Shown here in pieces: positions 49,979-60,324 of a stretch of 64,000 bases of DNA (position 1 is its first letter; each line of letters opens with the position of its first letter). The DNA is from Octopus sinensis (lineage: Eukaryota), in the NCBI RefSeq assembly GCF_006345805.1, contig NC_042999.1:63364001-63428000 (forward strand). The letters are read 5' to 3'. A model generated the notes under the pieces. That model was not told the DNA's origin. It worked only from the letters and a program-made list of their open reading frames with translations, and ran no database searches. A program made the position numbers and the translations under genes.

Positions 49979-51015
49979 GGTATGTGTATATATATATATG
50001 ACAGGCTTCTCTCAGTTTCTGTCTATCAAATCTACTCACAAGGCTTTGGTTGGCCCGAGGCTATAGTAGATGACATTTGCCCAAGGTGTCATGCAGTGGG
50101 ACTGAACCTGGAACTATGTGGTTGGTAAGCAAGTTACTTACCACACAGCCACTGCTGTGCCTATGTTTGACTAATTGAAATATTTCCCAAAATATGTATC
50201 GATTTATTAACATGTATCGATTTATTAACATAGGCGCAGGAGTGGCTGTGTGGTAAGTAGCTTGCTTACCAACCACATGGTTCCGGGTTCAGTCCCATTG
50301 CGTGGCACCTTGGGCAAGTGTCTTCTACTATAGCCTCGGGCCGACCAAATCTTGTGAGTGGATTTGGTAGACGGAAACTGAAAGAAGCCCGTCGTATATA
50401 TGTATGTATATATATATGCGTGTGTGCGTTTGTGTGTCTGTGTTTGTCCCCTAACATTGCTTGACAACCAATGCTGGTGTGTTTATGTCCCCGTTACTTA
50501 GCGGTTCGGCAAAAGAGACCGATAGAATAAGTACTGGGCTTACAAAAGAATAAGTCCCGGGGTCGAGTTGCTCGACTAAAGGCGGTGCTCCAGCATGGCC
50601 GCAGTCAAATGACTGAAACAAGTAAAAGAGTAAAAGAGTAAAAGAGTAAAGAGTATGAGATAGTTTATCTTTTACTTATTTCAGTTATTAGATTGCAGCC
50701 ATGCTGGGTACTGCCTTGGAAAATTTTTAGTGGAATGAATTGACCCTAGTAATTATTTTTTCTTTCTTTTTAAACCTGACACTTATTCTGTTGGTCTGTT
50801 ATGCTGAACTGCTAAGTTATGGGGACATAAACACACCAACACCAGATGTCAAGTGGTGGTGGAGGACAAACACAGACTCAAAGATACACACACACACACA
50901 ATGGGCTTCTTTTAGTTTCCGTCTACCAAATCCATCCACAAGCTATAGAAGGAAGACACTTGTCCAAGGTGCCACTCAGAGGGACTGAACCCAGAACCAT
51001 CTGGTTAGGAAGAAA
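49805..51015. mobile_element. Three family-A SINEs in alternating orientation (49805-50161 -, 50233-50652 +, 50665-51015 -)
   Basis: Head, core and tail motifs. Confidence 0.9.
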
Positions 51016-51395
51016 ATTTCTATGATAGTGTAGTTTTTACCGTGACCTAATTGCAGACACTCTTCAGTGGTCATCTCTGGAATCTTGGTCATATTAGTAA
51101 CATTGTTGACACCAGTGGTTGTCGTATTAGCGGGAATAGAAGTCATTTAAATGAGTTTTATGTAAATGTTTATACTGCTACTAGTGGCACTGTTAATGCT
51201 GTCATTTATTTTGATGACAATCGATTCAACCATGAAAATAAGTAGGCTTATTTGTTTATAGTACGCTAGAAATAACAATGTCCATATCTATTGGTTAATT
51301 GATCCACTCTTTCAATAAATAATTTATCACTTTGGGTGCATTATGTTTTGCTGTCTTTTGCACCAATGTGTCCCATGTATAATATAATAAATATA

Positions 51396-51447
<52 letters not shown>

Positions 51448-51640
51448 ATACAACAAAATTAGAGAATGGAGAAACATACTTAAATCAATAAAACATCAAC
51501 TATCCGATGATACCCAATCAATACTTTAATACACCATTACATATGAGTAAAGGCATTATACAAAATGAGATATACAGTAATAGTAAAAAGATAAAGAGAT
51601 ATAAGTAAAAAATTTCAATATAAATATGCAATTAAATCAA

Positions 51641-51752
51641 AACTGACAGCTGTTTCGGCAGTGAGGGCAGTCATACCTCATTTAACCTCTAAGCCATAAA
51701 GGCAGGTATAAATGAGGCATTAACAAGGATGCCCCACGGCCTCTTCAGAGAA
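51641..51752 (-). ncRNA. Type-I hammerhead with ~85-nt branched stem II
   Basis: TTCT-CTGAAGA-GGC CGTGGGGCA..ATGCCTCATTTA/TAAATGAGGTAT..TGCCCTCAC T GCC-GAAAC AGCT GTC-AG; stem I only ~2 bp adjacent to the core. Confidence 0.7.
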
Positions 51753-52104
51753 TTAAATTAAATTTGTTATAATTGTGAAAATATTATATAACCATATACA
51801 TATAAATATAAAAATATAAAAATGTAAAATATAAAAACTTATACATCATAATGCTACACTTATAATATAATACTCATTGGTACAATAAAGGAAGGTAAAC
51901 AGAACAAAATAAAACAAAATATATATCAGTGTATATATTAATATTAATAAGTACCGATATTATACATATTTGGCTAATAGTTTTTTTAAAAAAACTAACA
52001 CATAGGGAGATGAAAAATAATAATTAAAACCATGGTTCAGTTCATAAAATTCTAAAGCTATGAAAGTTAATAAAAATTACTATTAATATTAATAATAATA
52101 ATAA

Positions 52105-52135
<31 letters not shown>

Positions 52136-52801
52136 AGATACAGTTAAGTTTGCACCATATACAGTTAAGTTTGCATATATACAAATTGAGATAGGGGTTG
52201 TAAATGCAACCCTCTATGGGATAACGTATATCCAATATACTGCTAGTGAAGTACCCAACAAAGTTAATACATAAATGTTAATGATTGTGATGCAATCAAT
52301 TCATTTACTGTATTATATGGGCAAAGGTAAAATGATTTACCACAAATTACTAATACAAGATAAGAAAATGGAGAAATACATCTAAATCAAATATCAATTA
52401 CCAGATAATACTCAATCACATACTTTATTAAACCACCACATAAGAGACTGTAGGGTTAAATATAAAAAGCAGAACAAATCAGTGTACATAAAGGAATGTA
52501 AATAAAAAAGTGCTTATATTACTTCATATGAAGTAATATAATGTACTATTGACTATGTATATTTGCATCTAGGTACTAATTTGTGTATGTTTATTATCAC
52601 AATATTAAGTCAAAAAACTGAGACATTGAGTGTGGAACACATATATATGTTTACTAATTTATATTATTTATTTATATAATTATGTATATGTATATTTTTA
52701 TATGTATAGGAGTGTGAGTATATGCACTCATATGTATATGTTGTATTATGGGTATGCTCCCACACCCATGTGGGTATATATGTAGACTGATTTATATTAT
52801 A

Positions 52802-52939
52802 TTACATAATCTCCGAAGAGGCCTTATGATATTTTTGTAAATGTCTCATTTATATCTATATATTGACCAACCATAAAGGGCTAATATTGGTAAAATGAGA
52901 CATACTTATCTACATGGCCGAAACAGCTGTAAGATGTAA
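52802..52939 (+). ncRNA. Type-I hammerhead with CCGAAGA core and ~100-nt stem II
   Basis: TTAC ATA ATCT-CCGAAGA-GGCC..ATGTCTCATTT/AAATGAGACAT..GGCC-GAAAC AGCT GTA-AGAT GTAA; bulged 8-bp stem I. Confidence 0.7.
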
Positions 52940-53202
52940 CCTATACTTATATTTATATTTACTTATATTTATATTCTCTTTTATATATATTCTGCTTATT
53001 ATACAACATTACTCTTTTATGTACACTTTTTTATGTACATTCCTTTATGTACACTGATTTGTTCTGCTTTTTATATTTAACCCTACAATCTCTTATGTGG
53101 TGGTTTAATAAAGTATGTGATTGAGTATTATCTGGTAATTGATATTTGATTTAGATGTATTTCTCCATTTTCTTATCTTGTACATATATATATATATATA
53201 TG

Positions 53203-53700
53203 TGGAGGCGCAATGGCCCAGTTTTTAGGGCAGCGGACTTGTGTTCGTAGGATCGCGGTTTCGATTCCCAGACCGGGCATTGTGAGTGTTTATTGAGTGA
53301 AAACACCTAAAGCTCCACGAGGCTCCGGCAGGGGGGGGGTAAGGGGTGAACCCTGCTGTACTCTTTCACCACAACTTTCTCTCACTCTTTCTTCCTGTTT
53401 TTGTTGTACCTGTATTTCAAAGGGCCAGCCTTGTCACGCTGAATCTCCCCGAGAACTATGTTAAGGGTACACATGTCTGTGGAGTGCTCTTGCACGTTAA
53501 TAAATGAGCTGCAATGTCACTGGTGCCAAGCTGTATTGGCCTTTGCCTTCCCCTTGGATAACATCGGTGGTAGGGAGAGGGGAGGCTGATATGGGTGGGC
53601 GACTGCTGGTCTTCCATAAACAACTTTGCCCAGACTTGTGCCTCGGAGGGTAACTTTCTAGGTGCAATCCCATGGTCATTCATGACCGAAGGTGGTCACA
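53203..53700 (+). mobile_element. Family-B tRNA-Arg SINE variant with a different 3' half
   Basis: Head GTGGAGGCGCAATGGCCCAG..TTCGATTCCCAGACCGGG, core AAAACACCTAAAGCTCCACG. Confidence 0.8.
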
Positions 53701-53714
53701 ATATACATACATAT

Positions 53715-53762
<48 letters not shown>

Positions 53763-53763
53763 A

Positions 53764-53830
53764 CAGTAATCCCTCAACTATCATGGGTGTTATGTTCCAA
53801 AACCCTCCCACAGAAATAATTAAAATCTAA
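53764..53830. mobile_element. Probable pogo/Tigger-like MITE terminus
   Basis: TA|CAGTAATCCCTCAACTATC.. resembles Tigger-type TIR starts; no partner TIR found. Confidence 0.35.
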
Positions 53831-53854
53831 AAAAATATAAATACCTATCGGCCG

Positions 53855-55350
53855 CAGAAACCCAGATATACTGCCCCTGGGAGCTCCTCTATGCTGACGA
53901 TAGTGAGTCACTATCAGAACTAGAGGAGAAGTTTCAGGTGTGAAAACAAGGATTAGAGTCAACCTAGCCAAAACCAAAGTCCTAATAAGTAGGAAGGCAG
54001 GCAAACCACATATCCCTTCAGGTAGATGGCCCTGCTTGGTCTGTAGAAAAGGCGTAGGTAGAAACTCTATACGATGTACCCAGTGTAAGCTATGGACACA
54101 TAAGAGGTGCAGCAATATCAAAGGAAGGCTAACTGGGAAGATAGCTTTTGTATGTGGTAGATGCTCAGGAGCAATAAACACTGAAAATGTGCAGAGAACA
54201 ACCTCTGTCACATTCTAGGGAGAAAAACTAGAAGTAGTTGATAGCTTCCATTACCTAGGTGACCAAGTCAGTAGTGGGTGAGGGTGCACTGAAAGTGTAG
54301 CTGCTAGAATAAGAATAGCCTAGGCAAAGTTCAGAGAACTCTTACCTCTGCTGGTGACAAAGGGCCTCTCGCTCAGAGTAAAAGGTAGACTGTATGACGC
54401 ATGTGTGCGAACAGCCATGCTACATGGCAGTGAAATATGGGCCGTGACTGCTGAGGACATGCATAAGCTCGCAAGGAATGAAACCAGTATGATCCGATGG
54501 ATGTGTAACGTCAGTGTGCATACTCAACAGAGTGTAAGTACCTTGAGAGAAAGGTTGGACCTAAGAAGCATCAGCTGTAGTGTGCAAGAGAGACAACTGC
54601 GCTGGTATGGTCATGTGGCGAGAATAGATGAGGATAGCTGTGTGAAAAAGTGCCACACCCTAGCGGTTGAGGGAAACTGTGGAAGAGGTAGACCCAGGAA
54701 GACCTGGGATGAAGTGGTGAAACACGACCTTCGAACATTAGGCCTCACCAAGGCAATGACTAGTGACTGAAACTTTTGGAAATATGCAGTGCTTGAGAAG
54801 ACCCGGCAAGCCAAATGAGACCATGACCTTGTGGCCTATGCCAGGGGTGTAACCAGCCCACTTATGCATACCCTTCCTTCATTGGACACTGCTTGTGAAG
54901 ACCTGTCGAGGCAAGTGAAATCGAAATCAAATTCGATGACTGGCATCCATGCTAGTGGAGCACTAAGAGCACCATCCGAGCGTGATCGTTGCTAGAATGG
55001 CTAATTGGTGTCCATGACGGTGGCACGTAAAAAGCACCATTTGAGCGTGATTGTTATCAACGTTGCCTTACTGGCATTTGTGCCAGTGTGCAGGTGGCAT
55101 ATAAATAAAAAGACCATTTGGGCATGGCCGTTGCTAGTACTGCCTGACTGGCCCTTGTGCTGGTGGCATGTAAAAGCACCCACTACACTCTCAGAGTGGT
55201 TGGCGTTAGGAAGGGCATCCAGCTGTAAAAACTATACCAGATTCAAGATCGGAGCCTGATGCAGCCATCTGGTTCGCCAATCCTTAGTCAAATCATCCAA
55301 CCCATGCTAGCATGGAAAGTGGATGTTAAACGACGATGATGATGATGATG
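53855..55350 (+). mobile_element. RTE LINE 3' third: YADD, PHD finger, thumb, 3'UTR, (GAT)n
   Basis: PWELLYADD (YADD 53890-53901); C4HC3 finger 54033-54164; FHYLGD; ORF 54354-54770; several stops. Confidence 0.95.
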
Positions 55351-56019
55351 ATATATGATGTATATACATACATATCTACATATACATATATATATAGGTA
55401 TATTTCGATACTTTCACCTGCATGTTTTTCACTAAGAAAAAACTTGGATTTTTTTCACAAAATCAAGTAACCTGACTTCCTTTTGTGCCGCAAATCCCTT
55501 ATTTTGTTCAGAAAAAAGAGGTGGGTGGGTAGGAAACTCGAACATCCCACCATATCCTGGAATCATTGGGAATTTTTTTTTCTCCCTTGAATGAATCATG
55601 GTGACCTCCTAATATGCCACAACCCGCTTTTTTTTGGTTTGGAAAATGGGGGTGGGTTGGGGGTGGACCCTTCAGAAATTTCATCCCCATTTTCAAATTT
55701 TTTTGCTGTTTCTTTTTCTACACATTTTTTTTTAGATAACATTTTGCAGAAATACATTTTTGAGAGAGTGTGGATTACATTAGATTGAAAATTCAAATAA
55801 GTTTGAAAAGACAATTGAAAAGAATGAGTGAAAATGCAGAGGTTATAGAATATAATGGTAATGAAGTCTGTGGAGAAATAAAGAATCATAAAGAATTCAT
55901 CTAAAAAACACCCAAGAGTTTGTGATGTGTGTGAAATAAGTAAAAGTATAATATCAAAACAAGATATCCTTTTCATACCTCTTAAAATCACTGGATATTA
56001 TATATATATAATGTTGTTG

Positions 56020-56515
56020 ACAGATATGATCGTTGAGAGAGCAGCTAACCGGCTTCCGTGCCAGTGGCACATAAAAGGGCACCCTCGAGAGTGATCGTTA
56101 ACAGCGTCGCCTTACTGGCACTTGTGCCTGTGCTAGTAGGGTGCCAAGAGCACCATCTGAGCGTGATCGTTGCCAGAGCAGCCAACTAGCTCCATGCTAG
56201 TGACACGTAAAAGGGCACCATTCGAGCGTGATCGTTACCAACGTCGCCCTCCTGGCACCTGTACCGGTGGCATGTGTAAAAAGATTTGAACGAGGTCATT
56301 GCCAGTACTGCCTGACTGGCCCCGTGCCGATGGCACGTAAAAAGCACCCACTACACTCTCGGAGTGGTTGGCTTTAAGAAGGGCATCCAGCTGTAGAAAC
56401 TCTGCCAAATCAAGATTGGAGCCTGGTGTGGACGTCTGGTTCACCAGCCCTCAGTCAAAATCGTCCAACCCATGCTAGCATGGAAGGCGGACATTAAACG
56501 ATGATGATGATGATG
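56020..56515 (+). mobile_element. RTE-type 3'UTR/tail
   Basis: A/B unit array plus conserved tail. Confidence 0.9.
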
Positions 56516-57403
56516 AATATATAATAATCCCAGATTGCAGAATAGATTTGAAAGATAACTCCATTTTCTCTTTGCAATTTTTGGAGCTGTGTGAGAGAGA
56601 GTGTGTGTGTGTGTGTTTGTTTGTGATCCTTTTATTACTACATTCACCAATTAGTTTTTATTTGTTAAGTCCCTAAATGTACAGCTACTAATATTTGCCT
56701 CTTTAATCATATTTATTGTAGTCAAGATAATTTTAAATCAATTATTTGAATACAGTGTTGCAAAACAAAAACAGAAAAATAAATATAAGTAAATATAAAT
56801 AAATAAGAAAATCTCATGCTGGAACTTGTAAAGTTTTGTTCATCTGGTTTTTCTTCCTCTTTTCTATGGATTTTGATGAAGCTAGATGGGGGATAAATAT
56901 TTGCTTATGAGAGAAAATTTATAAAATTTTACTCATTGGGTATTTAGAGATAAACAGAGAAAGTCTGTAAGTGGTTGCTCAAATTAGCAATAAATAGTAG
57001 CCAAATCACAGTTTACAATGTTAAAAATATATAAGGATACATTGGAATTATTAAAAATAAAACTTTACAAATTGTTCTCAATGTTTTGTAGCTCAGATAC
57101 CCCCATCATCACCACCACCACCACTTTCATTGAAAGGTATTTTACAAATGCCTTTTTCACATGTTTGGCAAGAAAAATACATAACATTTTTTACGAATGC
57201 AGAATTGCATTACCTTTACAATGCAGAAAAATTAGTCAACAGCCTGTTTGTTGACAAATTTTCCTGCTTTGTAAGAGTAATTTACCCAATATTTCTGCTG
57301 TTCTAACAGCAATTCTGCATTTGAAAAAATATCTTCTTATTTGTATTGTACAAAACACATTTTGATACTTCTATAAAGACAAATGTTAGTTTGTTTATAT
57401 TTA

Positions 57404-57568
57404 GGCATAGGAGTGGCTGTGTGGTAAGTAGCTTGATTACGAACCACATGGTTCCGGGTTCAGTTCCACTGCATGGCACCATGGGCAAGTGTCTTCTACT
57501 ATAGCCTTGGGCCAACCAAAGCCTTGTGAGTGGATTTGGTAGACGGAAACTGAAAGAAGCCTGTCCTA

Positions 57569-57615
<47 letters not shown>

Positions 57616-57823
57616 ATATGTTTGTATGTCTGTATTTGTCCCCCACAACATCGCTTGACAACCGATGCTGGTGTGTTCATGTTCACGTAACTTTGCAATT
57701 CAGCAAATGAAACCAATAGAATAAGTACTAGGCTTGCAAAGAATAAGTCCTGGGGTTGATTTGCTCAACAAAAAGGTGTGCTCCAGCATGGCCACAGTCA
57801 AATGACTGAAACAAGTAAAAGAG
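57404..57823 (+). mobile_element. Family-A SINE
   Basis: Head, core and tail motifs. Confidence 0.9.
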
Positions 57824-58019
57824 TATATAATGCCAAAAAGCACAGAAAAATATCATTTGAAGACAAAAACTGTGCAAGCCTGCCAGCTTTTTTTAGCCAG
57901 CCTGCCCAGCTATTTGTAACACCAGTGATTTATTAATCACTGTTTTTCTATATTAGTACAGGTGAAATTTTACTAAGCTAGTGGATGCTTGCTACTGAGG
58001 ATGTGCAAATACACAGAAA

Positions 58020-58510
58020 TCTCATCATCATCATCATCGTTTAATGTCCTCTTTCCATGCTAGCATGGGTTGGACGATTTGACTGAGGGCTGGCAAACCA
58101 GATGGCTGCACCAAGCTCCAATCTTGATCTGGCAGAGTTTCTACAGCTGATACCCTTCCTAATGCCAACCACTCCGAGAGTGTAGTGGGTGCTTTTATGT
58201 GCCACCGGAACAGGGGCCAATCAGGCGGCACTGGCAATGACCTCGCTCGAATGTTTTTACACGTGCCACCGGCACAAGTGCTAGTAAGGTGACACTGGTA
58301 ATAATTACACTCGAATGGTGCCTTTTACATGCCACCAGCATGGAAGCCAGTTAGCTGCTCTGGCAACAATCACACTTGGATGGTGCTTTTAGCACCCTAC
58401 TAGCACGGGGCACAAGTACCAGTAAGGTGACGCTGGTAATAATCACACTCGAATGGCGCCTTTTATGTAGCACAGGAACAGAAGCTGGTTAGCCGCTCTG
58501 TCAACGATTT
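58020..58510 (-). mobile_element. RTE-type 3'UTR/tail
   Basis: (CAT)n, conserved tail, A/B units. Confidence 0.9.
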
Positions 58511-59077
58511 AGCAATTCTATCACCCCTTCAGGATGTTTCATAGTAGCACTCCCATGTCTTTTTTCAGAATCACTATGTGTAAATACTCCTGTCCCACCA
58601 TCTGTACATACTTCTGTCACACAATTTCTTGATTTTCCCTGGCACAGGGAAAAGAAAACACAGGATATCCATAGCTTGAATGAATTTGATCAAACGCCTG
58701 CTTAATCAGAACTGACTTGGTGCTAAATAATAACAACAAAAACAAGTTACATAAATATGTAAATAGAAAAGGTAGATATAACTAGTTTCAGCTTGTTTAC
58801 TTTTAAAATCGGCAAATCAATTCTATTCATTTGTTACTTCAGTTTAAATGAATTAATAAGATAAGGATTTGCATAAAAGAAGATGAATGATCCGATATTT
58901 CCATAATGTACTATTCATAATATTTTATTAATCAATACTGAACAGAAATGAAAAGTGAGAAGCATGAGTGATTCACAATTACATAAAAAGATCAGATATT
59001 TACAGAACGGTCAGCAGTCAGATGTGCAACAGTGAAAATCTTACTTCAAAGAACGGAGTAAAAAAAGAAGAAAAAAA

Positions 59078-59135
59078 ATGCAGAAAAAGATTCTCTTTCT
59101 TCTTATGGTAGCAGTTTATGGCAATGTTCGTACAG
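59078..59135 (+). CDS. Putative first coding exon of a secreted/membrane protein (signal peptide)
   Basis: AAAATGC start; MQKKILFLLMVAVYGNVRT+G (basic n-region, hydrophobic core); strong phase-1 donor CAG|GTAAGA; lies in non-repeat sequence. Confidence 0.55.
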
Positions 59136-59453
59136 GTAAGAATATTCTATTCTCATAATCTCTGTCTCCTGCAATATGCACAAAAGCACCAGTTCATGTG
59201 TGAGTGTCCACACAAACACACATGCATGTGCGTGCATGTATACACACATGTATGCTTATGTTTATATATATATCATGAATCCAAAAGAATGTTTTGTTAG
59301 AAAGGCCATAGGTCAACAACAGTTTTGGGGTCTGAAAAACGCTGTAAAGCAAAGCCCTTTAAGGATGTGAAACCCAGGGTAAGCCCATAGAATAGCCATA
59401 TCTACCTTTATCTATATGTTTATATATATATGTATGTGTGTGTGTGTGTGTGT

Positions 59454-59536
<83 letters not shown>

Positions 59537-59804
59537 TACACTTTAGTCATAATATATGGATTCAAGTACTTGTAAAAAAAGCTGCATAATGTATCATTCT
59601 ACATAGCATAGAATACATGGTAATACAAAGACTTTCTTTCACCTAACGTTGCTTAAAATCTGCATTATTTTGAAATATTTTGTGCATTTTGCATTAATGC
59701 AGACATGTAAGTAATTAGTTTATTAAATTATGAAACAATTTGTTGTGATATTTTAATTTTCTTATTGCTAAATAAAATTTCATAAAACTGTTTCTCTCAT
59801 TTAT

Positions 59805-59835
<31 letters not shown>

Positions 59836-60069
59836 GTTCAAAGTGAAATATGAGAGGTAATGATGTCAGTAAGACCCACAAGGTGTCAGGTAAAGCTGAG
59901 TAAGTGCTATGGACAGACCATAGTTAAGCTCCAGGTTCAATGATTATGTGAATAAGGAGTCCAACGTAGGTCATATATCTCCATGTATATATATAGAAAT
60001 ATTGTTTTTCAGAATGAGATAAAAAAAAAACCAAGGCTGAGAAGAATTTAGAACATTTATAAATAGAAG

Positions 60070-60117
60070 ATCTTACAGCTGTTTCCAGGATATTTATTAT
60101 GTCCCTTCATCGGAGAC
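60070..60117 (-). ncRNA. Hammerhead motif with CCGA core
   Basis: GTCT-CCGATGA-A GGGACAT AATAA ATATCCT G-GAAAC AGCT GTA-AGAT. Confidence 0.6.
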
Positions 60118-60154
60118 GGTGTGAGAAAATATTGCTTAACCATTTTCTCATACC

Positions 60155-60202
60155 GTCTCTGATGAAGGGATATAATAAATATCCTGGAAATAGCTGTAAG
60201 AT
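60155..60202 (+). ncRNA. Hammerhead motif with canonical CTGATGA core
   Basis: GTCT-CTGATGA-A GGGATAT AATAA ATATCCT G-GAAAT AGCT GTA-AGAT; the 15.2 position is U, giving a U-G wobble. Confidence 0.65.
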
Positions 60203-60268
60203 CTATTTATAAATGTTCTAAAATCTTCACAGCCTTGGTTTTTTATCTTATCCTGAAAAAAATTTTTT

Positions 60269-60303
<35 letters not shown>

Positions 60304-60324
60304 CTATATATATATATGCATTCA

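Larger units (their letters stand above)
60006..60259. repeat. ~120-bp-arm inverted repeat of a PLE pseudo-LTR-like sequence
   Basis: 60006-60130 versus 60142-60259 reverse complement; 11-nt spacer ATTGCTTAACC; a few mismatches. Confidence 0.9.
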
